The notes under the pieces: model-generated
Told to the model about the DNA's origin: nothing
Database searches by the model: none
The model's input: the letters and a program-made list of their open reading frames with translations, nothing else
Shown here: piece after piece, positions 11,440-25,485 of the stretch
Numbering within the stretch: the first letter of the stretch is position 1
How the letters are laid out: every line of letters begins with the position of its first letter
Translations under genes and position numbers: made by a program
Assembly: GCF_018350175.1 (NCBI RefSeq)
Contig: NC_058369.1
Coordinates: forward strand, 24,616,001 to 24,680,000
Direction of reading: 5' to 3'
Length of the DNA stretch: 64,000 nucleotides
Origin: Felis catus
Lineage: Eukaryota

Positions 11440-12110
11440 GTTCAATGCACAACGGAACCGAACGGGGTGGCGAGGCAGGGCCTGCACGCTCCTTCAGACA
11501 CCTTCAGGAAGGCGGGCCTCCCTGCGGGGGTGTGCCGGTGAGGCTGGAACCTGGAGGGGAAGGAAGCCAGCTTTTCCGCAAGACGACCGGGCAAGGCCGG
11601 AAAAGCAATGCAGGCTGAGGTCGCGCCGGCAAAGGCCCCAAAGCACGGCTCTGCGGCCACACCCGAGAAGCCACAGCGTTGTTGGGGCGGCCGTCGCTGA
11701 GGGAGTGAAGGAACAAGAACACGATAAAGTGGGCGAGCTAGCTGAGGCCACATCTTACCTCCAGATTCACGAGCTTTTCCACCCATGTGACCACCAATCC
11801 AGTCACCAAAATCTCTACCAGCGGGTTCACCTACCCTTCTCAGCGTTCTGGTTCCAGTCAGCTGAGAGCAGGCGCTCTAGCCGGCAGGCTTTGCCTCCAG
11901 GACCCACCCGCTTTCGCTCATTGGTCCAGAGGTTAGCACGTGACCCCGGCACACTCAATCCGGGCCACCAGCCTCGTGCTAGCCTTTACTCAACCAGCGG
12001 GGCGTGGTATCGAGAGGCGCCCATCAGATTCTGGCGGGAGCTTAACCCCGGAGAATGAAAATACCGAACCAGTTAGAGGTGAGAAAAGTAGGCAGGGGGC
12101 GGGAAGTAAT
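11440..12110 (-). promoter_or_regulatory. CpG-rich promoter-like island inside ERC2 intron
   Basis: Sharp rise in GC and CpG in non-repeat sequence. Motifs: GGACCAATGAG (minus, 11920-11924 core), GTCACGTG (11937-11944), GGGGCGTGG (11999-12007), TGGCGGGA (12032-12039), GGGGCGGGAAGT (12096-12107). Minus-strand donors GAG|GTAAGA (11759/11758) and AGG|GTAGGT (11835/11834). Confidence 0.7.
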
Positions 12111-14124
12111 TGTGGAGAAGATATGTTAATAACAGAACTCAAGTAAAGATTTAAAACTCCTCTACTCCTCTGCCCCTAGTGTGGCCATATATTCAGAACC
12201 CCAAGCCCTTGGTTCTTATCATCAGATTTCTGGAAGATTCTAACCCTCTTAATACCATTTGGGTAGTAATATTATGTATCGAACACTTGCTCTGTGCTTT
12301 GCGTTAAGGGCTTTTCATGTTGTCTCACGTAGTCTTCGCTAGTATGTATTGAAGCAAGAATCACTATCCCTGTGTTTATACCCCAAGAGGCATCTCTAAG
12401 AGTTACTCACCCGGAGTCATAAAGCTGTAAGGGGTAGACCTGGGACTCCAACAAATGTCTGTACTATTAACCACTATGATTAATTGATTCTTATTTTCTT
12501 AAAACAGAGACTCATTACTCGAGTTGGTCTGAGTGAGGCTCTGTTCCTTATAGATGGAACAGAATATCCTTTTCAAGTGTCTAAGTATCTATCAGTGCCT
12601 GTAATTATAGAGTGAAGGCTTTTTAAAAAATTATATGTAAAGCTGTATCCAAAATGTCAAATTTCAGGATATATAGAGGGCAAACTGATTTTAATTTATG
12701 TCCATGTGATACAGAATATAAATTTGGTAAATGAACTTTGGTGAAGATATAAAGATGGGTAATAAAACATGCACTCATTAAATGTACCATATAATGTGAT
12801 ACATAAATAGCAAGTCATATGAATCAATTAACAAAATTACTTCATAGACAGCTCTTCCCATAACACTTTATTTGACAGTAATAATGACTAATATTTACTG
12901 GGCACTTACTATGTGCCAAGCTTCATGCTAAGCACTCTATGTATATTATCTCATTTAAACCTCACTATTGGGAAAAAGGTAAAATAACCCTAGTTACAGC
13001 TATGAAAATGGAAACCCAAAGTGAGACCAACTAGCTGATTTTGATTTTAGAGGCAAATTTTAAATGCAGGTATATCTGCCTACCAAAGCCTTGTCTTAAG
13101 CACTTCAAGCATCTCAAGTAGAGCACCTATCATATACTGTGTTGTGATGGTTTATTTGAAGGTCTGTCCTCCACTATGAATCTACCTTTGAAGAGTTTAT
13201 GGCTCTCCTATTCACCTCTGTCTCCTCCTTGCCTAAGATAGAATAGGAATACAATATTAATTCAAAGCAATTAGCTCATCTATTTCTAAAATAAAACAGG
13301 CCAATAATCACTCCTGCTGACTCTAGGCTATTGGGTGAATTTTGCAAGGCAATGAATTATCACAGAAAAAAAATCAGGATTCAGAAAACTAAACTTCATT
13401 TTAGATGCAAAATTCGCACTGCGTCAGTCCCCACACAGGAGACTGCTAAATTCTTTAGCTTCATATTAATAGATTGATCTGTGACAACTCTGTGCCACTC
13501 AGAGAAAAGGGAAAAAACTGAGCATCTCAAAATCTCTCATAAAAATTATCTGTAAATAACAAGAAAGATGTTGAAATATTAACGCCTCCTCCACGAGCAC
13601 ATCAAAATGCTCCCTCAGCCACCTTCCATCTGCTTGCCCGCCTCTTCCAACGTGAGCCCCAGCCTCGCTCCATTTTCAGCTTATTTGATGTCTAAAAAGA
13701 TTAAGCCAAAAATTGTTTCAGCACGCTGGAAAGTATAATCCTCACATTTCAGACACATTTGGACATCCTAATTTAAAATATGGTGGAAAAATAGCATACT
13801 TGTGGGTTGTTCCTTGCCATATTTTAAATGTATTCCTATAAAATTTATTTCTCTAACAAAATCACAGGCATAAACTTAACTTCTAAATGGAAGTAACAAC
13901 AGCAACAGCAACAATAATAGCAGCTCATGTTAACATAACATTGTTCTAAGCACTTTATGGTCATCTACTTAACAATCCTATAATGTTGCTATTACTAGCT
14001 CCATTTTACAGAGTAGAAAACTGAGGCCCAGGGGGCATTCAGTGATTTGTTCAAGGTCACAGGGCTGATGGTAGCAGAGCCATTTCTTGAAACCAGGCAT
14101 CTGGACTCTACATACTAGGTTCTT

Positions 14125-14334
14125 TTTTTTTTTTTTTAATGTTTATTTGTTTCTGAGACAGACAGAGCATGAGTGGGGGAGGGGCAGAGAGAGAGGGAGA
14201 CACAGAATCAGAAGCAGGCTCCAAGCTCTGAGCTGTCAGCACAGAGCCAGATGCGGGGCTCAAACTCACAAACCATGAGATCATGACCTGAGCCGAATTC
14301 GGTTGCTCAACCAACTGAGCCACCCACGCGCCCC
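14125..14334 (-). mobile_element. CanSINE (felid type) inserted in a MIR-like relic
   Basis: Reverse SINE with TSD acatactaggttctt (14110-14124 / 14338-14352). Confidence 0.92.
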
Positions 14335-14465
14335 TCCACATACTAGGTTCTTACACACTGCACCAATCTGCCCAGGAGGTTTTACCCACTACCTAGCTTT
14401 AATTATTTCTCTTCCAATAGCTGTTGTCATTGTCATATTACAGCAGAAAAAAGCTGGATTGTGAG

Positions 14466-14944
14466 TGTAGTGGGTTGAATAGTGGCCTCAAAAAATATGT
14501 CTAATTCCTTACCCCCTGAATCTGTGAATGTGAACTTATTTGGAACAAGAGTCTCTGCAAATGTAATTAAAGTTATAGATCTTGAGATGAGATCTTCCTG
14601 GATTTAGGGAAAACCCTAAATCCAAAGACAAGTGTCCTAATAAGAGGTAAAGAGAGGGAGACTTGAGACACAGAGACACAGGGAAGAAGGTGATGTGAAG
14701 ACAGAGAGAGTGAAGTGATGTGTCTACAAGCCAAGGAATGCCAACAGTTACTGACAGCCAACAGAAGCTAAGAGAAAGGTATGTGATGTATTCTCCCTCA
14801 GAGCCTCCAGAAGGAACCAACTCTGCATACACCTTGATTTCAGACTTCTGGCCTCTACAGCTGTGAGGAGAATAAATTTCTGCTGTGAAATTGAGCCACC
14901 AAGTTAATAGTAATTTATTATGAAAGCCCCAGGAAACTAATACA
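14466..14944 (+). mobile_element. Complete MaLR (MLT1-type) solo LTR
   Basis: TG...CA ends (tgtagtgggttgaat ... ggaaactaataca), AATAAA near 14871, exact 5-bp TSD GTGAG (14461-14465 / 14945-14949). Confidence 0.9.
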
Positions 14945-15764
14945 GTGAGTCATGGGCCCAAAAACCCTGAACAGAAATCACATCCTCACTTTACAGATCA
15001 GGAAACTGAGGTTCAGAATGAGGAATTCTTTAGCATGCTCTCAATCACACAACAGGTTTATGGAAGGGCCAAGCCAGGCTCTAGGCTACATGCTGGTCTC
15101 CCAATTCCTGGGCTGGCCCCCTCTTCTTAACCCACTTCTATGAGAGACAGAATTAAACATGCACTTTAGAACCTGGCCACCTATATTGGTGTCCTTGTTC
15201 TGCCATTTGCTAGTTGTGTACTCCTGTTTTCTCATCTGCAAAATGGGAACCAAAATGACAACTACCTCACAGTGTTATTTGGGGAAGCAAGTGAATCAAT
15301 ATATATAAGTAGTATGCATTAGCTCTCAATAAATGTTAGTTATCATGATTATTTTATTCCAATATCTATTTAGCTGTTGATAAAGGGCAAATGATAAAAT
15401 CAGGAATATGGCAATACCTAGAAAAAAACCTGATAGACACATTAGCATGGCTTATCTTTATGTGTGGAAATTTGTGACAGACCTTATTTCCCAATTTCTT
15501 ATGAGGATGTTGAACCTCAAAAGGTAATGTCCATCATCCTTGACTTATATCTCTTTGACAGTCTTCACTGGCCCCATTCCCAAAAAGGAATGCCAATATG
15601 ATTGGACAGGACATTGACTGAAATATGTGTGCTAGCAAAAGGAACACTGTCATGCCCAACATTTTCTTTTCCAGCTGTGCAGGCCCAACAGAGCAAATAG
15701 CCCCACGCCTCCCATCTACTTCCTGCTCTCCCATGGTGACCACTCCTGAAAACACTGCTTTCTT

Positions 15765-15989
15765 TTCTTTTTTAATTTTTTTTCAACGTTTTTATTTATT
15801 TTTGGGACAGAGAGAGACAGAGCATGAACAGGGGAGGGGCAGAGAGAGAGGGAGACACAGAATCGGAAACAGGCTCCAGGCTCTGAGCCATCAGCCCAGA
15901 GCCCGACGCGGGGCTCGAACTCACGGACCGCGAGATCGTGACCTGGCTGAAGTCGGACGCTTAACCGACTGCGCCACCCAGGCGCCCCC
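15765..15989 (-). mobile_element. Young SINEC_Fc-like SINE
   Basis: CpGs retained; perfect TSD aaaacactgctttctt (15749-15764 / 15991-16006). Confidence 0.94.
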
Positions 15990-16660
15990 AAAAACACTGC
16001 TTTCTTAGGCAGTTCTGCCATCCACCCAAGTTTCTAACTATGGGGACCAGTAAAGCAGGCAGGGACAGGGCCCTGCCCACTTTTACTCTTTCTTTTCTGG
16101 GTATCCATGTGGTAAGCACAGCAGAACCTCCTCCTCTTGCTAACCTTGATTTCCCCCTGAGCATGGTGGCTACATGGAGTCAACATGCAGAAGGCAAGAC
16201 CATCTGCGGGTCTGATGGCGAAGGAATACTAAGCTATCTCACCTAATCAAAAAATCCCTGCATGAAGGGATACTGTGCCCATCCTCAGGGATTAATATAG
16301 CCATTGCGTTTCCCTTTTGACTGCTGGTCTTTAGGCGTATATCCCTTTTGGTCAGACCCTGGAGAGGGGCAGAAAGAGCAGTAGCATTCAGACACTACAA
16401 CCCTATCCAAACTCCTAACCTTATATTACCTTCTGATGGAAAATGTGTCCAATAAGCTAAATTTTTACAAAGAATAATGCTCATTATAAAGTGTCCTCCA
16501 ATGTACTGAACTTCCTATTAGTCATCTGAATGATAATGCACACTTGAAGAATACCAAGAAAATGAAATACTTGGGGAAATTAAAGCCATTTCTCCCCCAA
16601 ACCAAATAACCATCAATTTTGTATAATGGTTATCCTGTCCTAATTATAGCACCAGGTCTA

Positions 16661-16710
16661 TACACACACACACACACACACACATACACACACACACACA
16701 CAACCACACA
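16661..16710. repeat. (CA)n microsatellite
   Basis: Directly visible. Confidence 0.95.
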
Positions 16711-17541
16711 TGAATACACACTACACCCCTTATGATATCTATCCCAATATAAAATCCAAGCCAGCTGCTAGAATTAAGCTAAGTACTATTGGAATCAACA
16801 GTGTCCTTAGGAAATATAGGGCTGGGATGCTGATTTCATCACAATTCTATCTGCCTGTACTTTCTCCAGGAAGTTCAAGAACCATGAGCAGCTGTAGAAA
16901 TCCAAGTCATCAGAAAAACAAACAAAGGCAGCTCCTCTCCTACAAAGCAAATTCCCTAAAAGGGCCTCAGCATCTGCCTTCTTAGCATAAAGGGTCAGAC
17001 CTTAGTCTATGTTGAATTTGTAGTACTTCTCTCTTCCTTTTTTGTTCCATTCATTTGGGAAACCTGATCCCTTTTACTCCAGGCCAGGCACCAGACCTCC
17101 ACCATTGCCCATAATCATGTCGGTTGACTTTGACTTACAAGAATTAACCAGTGCCTGATATACCTTACCCATTTCTCCTTCCTTATATATCAAAATGAGG
17201 CCCTTTCCTATTTCCAAGTCTGAGTGGGTGGCTCTTAAACTCCTAGAGGTCAAGAGAATTAAGATGACACAACCACCTCTCTCACGGGTAGGGTCAGGAT
17301 TTTCATCCAAGACTCTGAGGCCAAAGATGCTCATATCTTACTAAAACCTTGAATTTGAAGATATTCTCCATTTCACCTTCAAACTAAGAATGTATATCTG
17401 TCAACCAAGGAATGTTCTAAAGGAATCTGAAGAGACAACATCCCAGGTAAGGCAAGCAATACCTGTTTAGCTTCAGCTCACTGGGTTCAAGGCTACCAGA
17501 CCTTCAGAGCAGCTATTATTCAGGGATATTATTTTAATAAG

Positions 17542-17585
17542 TGGATGGATGGATGGATGGATGGATGGATGGATGGATGGATGGA
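17542..17585. repeat. (TGGA)n tetranucleotide microsatellite
   Basis: Directly visible. Confidence 0.95.
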
Positions 17586-19872
17586 CAGCCATATATTTAT
17601 TAAGGAACTAAAGAAAGCAAAACATAATTCTCAAGTTTACAACATACCTTTTTTGAAAAACGGACATACACACCCACACAAAACTGAGACACAAATTTAA
17701 TCCATAACTATCATTTTCCTTCCTACAATAACTTTATTTGCAATTGAATTTGGATCTGAAATCTAAAAATAAGGCACACACAGAAATTCTGTTTATGCCA
17801 ACGCATCTTCCACTATGAAAACCATAACTAAGGAAGCATTGTAGCTTTAATCCACAGGTAAAAACCTCTTATTGGATTATTTAAGAACAACCTCTTTACT
17901 CCTCTGCACTCTGGGGAGCACAGGGTATATTTCTGCAGCGTTTCTATCAGGATGGTAATTAGTGTAGCTAAGAATGCCATCAACAGCAAAAGTAAAATTA
18001 GCCTTTACTTGTAAAATGTCTCCTGGGAAAAGCTGGTGGCTCCTGTCTCCACCAAGCAGAGTATTGGGCTTGCTGTGTCATCCCACAACAAGCAAATTGC
18101 CCCATCAGCAGCACCTGAATAAACCCCCCAACACATCAAAGTGACCACCAACACATCTATCTTTGTGTGTTTCAATCACACCTGCCTCATCCTAGCCACA
18201 TGCCCCCCATCAAATTGCGCATACGACTCTTTTGCCACGGGGCACTCAATTTTCCTGAAAATTTAGCTTATACCTGTGGCATGTTTTAGTCAACATGAGC
18301 CTTTGAGACCATTTTATTCAGCACAGTAATACAATAGGGAAAATTGGGGCTCAAGGAGAGGAGGTGATTTGGCCGACATCACATCCTATTGGCATCAAAG
18401 TGAAATCTAAATTAGTTCCTAGTCCAAAGCTTTCTCTTTTCATTACACCAAGCAATCTCCTTAGGTTTAATCTTCTTTTATTCCACACCTACTGTCTCTT
18501 TACCTGGACCTTTCCTGAACACCTCCTCTCTGGATTCGAGGAAAACCTCACCACCTGCCCACAGCTGATCTCATCTTCACCCTCCCCTTTCAGACTTTGT
18601 TTCACCAATAACCCTCCCTCTACAGGCCCATTCCCTGCATAGTAAGAATATGGTCAAGTATGTCACATATTGGTGAGAGGATCTTCCCCAAACTCTGTAT
18701 CTCCTCCAGTTACCACTTTTCAAAGCCAAGCTCCTTGCAGGAAGAATATAATCGTCAACATTACCACTTCTACCCCACTGCAGCCCAATATCCACTGTTA
18801 CCACCTCCATGATGTTCCAGCAGAGGCTACAAGATGGCCAATTCCACCAGATCCACATCCCCACTTAGCATCACCACTTGGATAAATGAGTCTTTGCAAC
18901 CAAACTTGATCAAAGAACCAAACTCCTAATCTCCCTACATCCTAAACCTGTTTTGCCCTCAGTCTTCCCCAATGGCTCAAGCCCAAAATTTTTGATGCCT
19001 TTTCCCCCACAGGGATAGAAGTTCCATACAGGAAGGAATTTTTGTCTATTACTATACCCTCAGCACCTAGCCCAACACATGGTAGAAGCTCCATATTTGT
19101 TGACCCATTTCAGCCATTCAGTCATCATCTTGCTTTACCCTCTTGGGGGACACCAGTGACATCTCCAGTGGAAACTGAGTAAACACATCTAAGGCCAATG
19201 GAGAGATTTGGGTTAGAGAACTTTATTTGAGAGACCACTCCTTTGGCACAAACTGTTAAAGTGTCATCATAAAAGTTTTAGTTGGCCAAAGATTATGCAG
19301 CAGATGGATTCAGTAGACAAAGATTAGCAAACCAGGCCAAAGTTTACAAAAATCAATCAATCAAACACCTCCTGTGAGTCCTCAGGTTTTTAGCTGGTTG
19401 GATTAATGTGTGAAGCTATGTAGACTTGGAAACCATGTGACCTTTTGTGGGCAACTTGAGAGTTTGCCTTTCCTGAGGGCTCAGACAACAGCATTTACTG
19501 GGAAGTCATCCTCATCTTTTTTCTCTATTACTCCCTATAGTGATACAAAAATTTACAGTTTCCATCTCATACTGCAGAAAATATTCAATTCAGCCTACCA
19601 GAAAAATGTAATGTGATTCTTACTTTTTTTTAAAGCATGATAAAGGTCTGGCTATGGCCCAAAATTTTCCAGAGCAGCCATCTGCAAAACAACATGAACT
19701 GGCTTGGATTCAGCTAAAGGGGTCAATACCTTGGTCATGAAAACTCTCCTAGCCACCCCTAAGAACAACAGGACAACAACAGCAAAAAAAACTGTTCCCA
19801 AAATTGTAATATGGTATCTCCTTGACATATAACAATACTTACACATCCAACAATGACATTTTGAAGATGGCA

Positions 19873-19996
19873 TCTCTCTCTCTCCCTCTCTTTCTTTCTC
19901 CCTCTCTCTGTTTCTCTTTCTCTCTCTTCTCTCCCCCCCCCACCCCGTCTGTCTCACACACACACACACAGACACACACACACACACACACACACA
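19873..19996. repeat. CT-rich plus (CA)n microsatellite
   Basis: Directly visible. Confidence 0.92.
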
Positions 19997-22900
19997 TTAA
20001 TAATAGAAAAGGGATGTCAAAGAATTAAGCCAAGGAAAATCAAGCTGTTCTCAACAAACCCAGAGCTTTTGCTGGATTCATAAGCACCTTTCCCTTTTAA
20101 CCTTCAGCATATTGACAGAGGGGCTCTTAAAGTCATCCTTCTGCTGTACCATGGCAGTCCCAGAGGAGTTCACAGGGCCAGGAACACATAGGAAAAATCA
20201 TAGAAGCAAAATACAGTTTGTCCCAACATATGCCTCCATATATATTAACCACCATACTAACATCTCTTAATTCAGAAAAATAAAAAAAGGTGATCTCCAA
20301 GTGTCAATTTCTCTTTCTACTCTTTAGATGTAAGTGTAATACTTGTACCACTACTTTTGCCCTACCTTCATACCTGTGCTTTATGAAATAAATCTCCAGC
20401 CATCTAATTTATTTTGGCCATTCCCTCCATTGAGAACTTCAAAACACCACCACCAATCCCTGCTCCCACCTACCATCTTGAATAGTTGTCCATCCTCAGG
20501 AATTATCTCTAACACCACCTTCTCTATATAAAGTCTTCCTTCATCTCTTCCTTCTCTGGACTCCTAAATCAAATTATATCTTTTAATGGCATGGACAAAT
20601 TTCTTCCCTTTTTTTATAATTCTCTTTTATGGGTTTTTAGAAGTACAGCATTTTCTCTGCTAGACTAGGTTCTCAAGGCAGGAGCTGGGACCTACTCATT
20701 TTTGTAACCATAAAACTTCTAAACAGAGAGCCCTGAATATTCATGGCCCTATCAAGATGCATTGGGCTATTAGTAATAAAGCCTCAACTCAAATTGGCTT
20801 ATACAAATTGCAGAATAATCAGAGTTGGGGCAATCTTCATTATGGCTCTACCATACCATTTCTCTGCCACTCTTTTAGCACTTTACTCCCCCATGTGATG
20901 CCTTTGTCCTCATTTTTCCCTCATGATTATCTTCATCATCTATTACTTTGATATTTACTCAGGTTAGCATGGTGCTAAATATTTTTACATGAACTCCCTC
21001 ATTTAATCCAATTAAACTTAAATCCTATTAAATTTATTCCACTAGCAGTAAATGTACCCCTAAAGCAGGTATTGTCATTACACCTACTTTACAGGTGAAG
21101 AAACAATTTCAAAGAGAGAAGTTGCCTGAAGTTCCACAGCTGGAAACAGAACCTCAGCAATCCGCCTCCAAAGCTGATGCTCTCAACCACTGTCAAGGAT
21201 AGTCAAGCAAGACCTGAAAAGGCAGGCCACACTAGGGCCACATTACCAGTCTGCTCACAGAAACTCTGAATGGACAGCATATCAGATACAAAGGGTAAAA
21301 CCAGGGCTACCAGATTACAATATAAGCATCGTTTAGGAATGTCATTCCACAGCCTACAGTAAGGAAACACCTAATAGGTGTTAAGAGGGTGCTCAAAACT
21401 GGTACCAAGTTGAGATTTTCTCACTGAAGTTCATTAGAAGTACTGGATAAGATCTGGAAAGGCAATGACTTTCTCATTGGAAAGCCCAGTGGCTTGGGCT
21501 TCCAAGTTGTATAATACAGACTCCATGCCTGTCCTAAGATCACCTTGTGTACACAGGGATGGCCACTCTATACCATAGTCAGGGCTGACTGACTTAAGAC
21601 CAACTTTGGAGTTAGTCTGCCTGGGCTCAACTCCAGCTCTGCCACTTGCTAACTGTAACCTTGGACAAGTGATCTCTCCTCTAGCCATACCTTACTCGCA
21701 TATGAAATAGTGATATTATTAATAGTACCTACTTCACAGGGTCATCATGAGGATTAAATGAGATACCATATGTGAGCCCATCAGCACAATGTTTGAAATA
21801 TCACTATCTCATTTAGGGTATACGTAGGAAGTGCTTTACGAGCTATACTGATCATTTTTATTCTTATCAAGGGAACATATTGTAGTCAGGTGGGTGTTCT
21901 AGATGGGAAAGTGATTCACAGACTCACATGCTTGCCTGAGAAAGGCAAAGCCCAAACTTTCTCTAACTCCCCCTCCTGAACCCCTTCAAGAAACCTTACA
22001 CTATCTGGCTATTGGGAGGATGCTGAGCCCACTCTCCTGGACCCTGGGTAGGCTTCCACAGAAGAGAGAGAAGTCCTATCAAGGGTTCTTCTCAGAAAGG
22101 TAAGTAAATTGAGAGAGAAGATTTCTTCCCTAGCCCAAATTTCATGTTCAAGTTCCAAGGTAGAGTAAACTGCCCATCAAAAACAAGGTACATGACTGCT
22201 ATCTATGTTCCTTAGTTACAATCTACATGGAAAAAAAAAATAGGTCTCTAATGATTTTTACAAAACAGTAAATGTGTCTTACACTTTAGAGTCTTCTTCA
22301 GCTGGTAGCCTGTTACTGGCCTGTTACTGGGCACCACAGTACGTGCCCAATTACCCTTACTTAGTAACTTCCCAAAATCTTTTGTTCCTCGCACTATCAC
22401 AAATGCCTACAGCATAATTTGGCTTGCAGTGTTCTATTTTATTTGCAATCACAAAAAAGTGAAATAGAATTATCTGTGGTGAAGTGGGAATTTCGGCATC
22501 CCAAGACAAACGTAATGAACCAAACAAAAATCTTTAATGAAAATATTTAAACATATACTTAAGTATGACACCCAACATCATGCAAATTCTTCCGGGATAA
22601 CTTATTCCTGAGGGTGGACTAAAATCTATCACCTTTAGGATATTGTATTTGAATATGTTTAGTAATGGGTGCTGTCCATCTATCAGTTTCCACTGTACCA
22701 ATGTACACACCTTTAACTATCACCAAAATCCTAGCACATGTCCCCTACTTCTCAGCAAAAATTGAAGAGCAGTGAGCTGAAGACATGTCTTACATTACCT
22801 AAAGCTCATTCATTTCATTAACTGCCAGGAACTACCTACTCCTAATACATGTGCAATATGTAATATTAAATGGAAATATCCAGACAGAGGTTTTACCTAA

Positions 22901-25485
22901 ATATCCTCAGATACCCTTGGAGTTTAGAGCAGAGATAAGGAAGTGAAATGTTGTGCACAATTCAGGTTATGCACATTTTTCTAGGGAAAATGTAAAAGTT
23001 TTCATTGGCTTCTAAAAGAGGATATGACTCCCCAAAGTTAAAAACCACAAACAGAAGTTTAAAAAATTTGAGAAAGCAAACTTTATTATTTGCCACACTT
23101 CTAAATTTGAGCAATTTCTAAATGTGGTCATCATGTGCACTGTCCAACTTTCCATCTCATATATTTACTTATTCCTCTGGTTCCAGGATTCTTTGGGAAC
23201 TTTTATATTACTTTACATGGATATTTCAGAAAGCTCATCCAAGGGACGAATTTTAATTTTTTTTCAATTCCTTTTTAGATAATATATGCTCAGGAGACAA
23301 AACTTTTTAGAACTCAAGCTAACTGCTGTAACTTAAAATAGAAGATTCCAGATTATAAAATGCCTAGTTCTAAAAGTTTGTAACTGGCAACATAATCTCA
23401 TCCACTTTGGAGACCTAATTTTCCAAAGAGACTAAGGAAGCTTACAAAAAGTGGAGAATTTTTTAAAGTTCCATAGAGGATGCAATCTGACATTATATAA
23501 AGAAACCACACGGATCCACTAAGATAAGACAGCATGAATTGATCCTCATGTCAGTTAATACCACTTCTGGAATTTCTTCAGTGGGCATAATCAGAGGTAG
23601 GGATTGACAACATGGGTGAGAAGGCCCAGAGACCCCAAAAGGCTACGGAATCTGCTGTTGAAATAGCTGTCTATAGACAGATGACAGTAGTTAACTTTCT
23701 TTGGTCATGGTCTTCTTAAAAACTGAAATATGGCAATCTCTCATTTATGTGTTCCACAAATGTATTTCCCAGCAAGGGCGGTCCTTTCCTCCTTATCACC
23801 TTACCCATATGTTTCCTTGTTAGAGAATCTACCCCTCATGCCCTGGTTTCAGCAGTCTTTTCATAGCTCTGTTGAGAGCCTGGATCTCATGACTCCCTTA
23901 GCCACGGCTAATTGGGCCTATCACAAACTCTGGATTCAAGCTGGGCCAATCAGATTTTTGGTTCTCTGAATTTGAAATTGAAACCAACCAACTCTAGGCA
24001 GTCTCTATGAAGCACTTGAATGGAGAAGATGCTTTCCTTGAGTGGCCACTTTTTCAGAAGCAGCATATAAAAACATATCAAGAGAGAAAATAAGAGAAAC
24101 GTGAGACAGAAATAGTGAAAAGTGACTTTGTCCATATTCCTGATTATTTTCCAACTAACTTGATTCTAGCCCCCAGGACACCTGGCTGCCCCTACATACA
24201 TGTAGGGTTGGAAAAGAACTCTTATATGTTCCTAGTAAATCCCTTTCTTTTTCCCTTCAACATGTTTGAATGGGTTTCTGCTACTTGCAAATACATTTTC
24301 CCTTAAATAAGTGGTGACTAAATCAATTAGTAAATAAGTGAACTGGATTCTCAAAAAGGAAGAAGAGGTTTCATAGGGGAAAGTTGCTGGGAGAGGTGGA
24401 AATGAGGAATGCTGGGACCCAAGAGGGTAAGATCTGACTTTGAGACACAAGATTTGGAACAAGTCAAAAGACAAATCCTAAATAGGTGTGGCTATCCCAA
24501 TGAGGCCAGAAACCAACTGAAAAGGACACTGAGAGCTCCAGCTGAAGGACTCCTGCACCAGAAAGCTGTCCATGTACCTTGAAGTTCCTGTAGATAGAGG
24601 CAAGTTTGGGAAGAATTCTAGCTAAATTTATGAGACCATCCTCATTGGAGTACGGATGATCCATAATAAAGAACTTCCCCATTCCTGAAGCCCTGCTCTT
24701 ATAGATCCAGTCAATTTGTCAAAGCCATAACCACCTGAATGGATCTGCCAGACCTTTAATGAACATCCTAAGAGATAATCTCTCTCATTCTTCTGCCACC
24801 TGCAGTTTTAATTTTCCAGCCAGTTCTTGGGAATTGCCTCCTCCCATCCTTCTCAGTGGGTTTCCAAGATAGTTTTCCTTTGGCATCCTCCTCTGCTAAT
24901 GTACTTGACAAGAATGCATTTGCTCCTTCCTGCTTGCCCTCTCTCCTCTGTTGCTCTTGACAACATGCTCCCTTGCTCATTCTGGCTTTCTGTCCTTTCT
25001 ATATAACTCCTTGACAGCATCCTTAAGATACTGTCAAGCAGCACATTTCTACTTCCACTGTACATTAGGACTTCCATTTCCACACCAAATTCCCTGGTTT
25101 TCAACAAATCTGTTGTTTTCCCCTTTAAGACAATAGAAAGAACACACCTTTGAGGCTAAGCATACCTGAGATTCAAATTCCAGCTCTACCTAATGGTGAG
25201 ACCTCAGGCCACTTAATCTCCATGTCTTGTTTGACATATATAAAAATGAGGGTGCCATGTGTTTTGCAGGGCTGTTGAGCTCACACACATGGAAAGCAAC
25301 TAGTAAATTCCTAGTACAAAGTAGGAACTCAAAAATACTCCCTTTCCTTTTCAAAATCAATGTCAGACATAGTCAAAAAAACACCATAAAAATCCACTAA
25401 AGGTGTAAAGAAATGATGGTTTAAAAAATAGATTTCATTTTTTTTAAAGGGTTGTCTCTTTCCTTAAAAGATTAATCTCTATCCA

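Noticed and set aside
9550..11772. Resemblance of VNLE / DGLQ to the CCDC66 start (MNLG-DGLK)
   Set aside because: No ATG, frames do not join, an early stop follows, and no further CCDC66-like exons were found.
11759..11834. Island exon as an in-frame alternative N-terminus for ERC2
   Set aside because: Its ATG (11786) exits in phase 1 while the next ERC2 exon needs phase 0; the phase-0 frame has no ATG.
11442..12146. Several 70-117 aa ORFs over the CpG island
   Set aside because: Expected in GC-rich DNA, no recognisable domain, and the minus ORF crosses a strong splice donor.
12170..12188. CTCF-like tggccacactaggggcag beside the island
   Set aside because: Spacing does not fit the core consensus.
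15765..15989. SINE heads as tRNA genes or CpG islands
   Set aside because: tRNA-derived SINEs with A-tails and TSDs; CpGs reflect youth.
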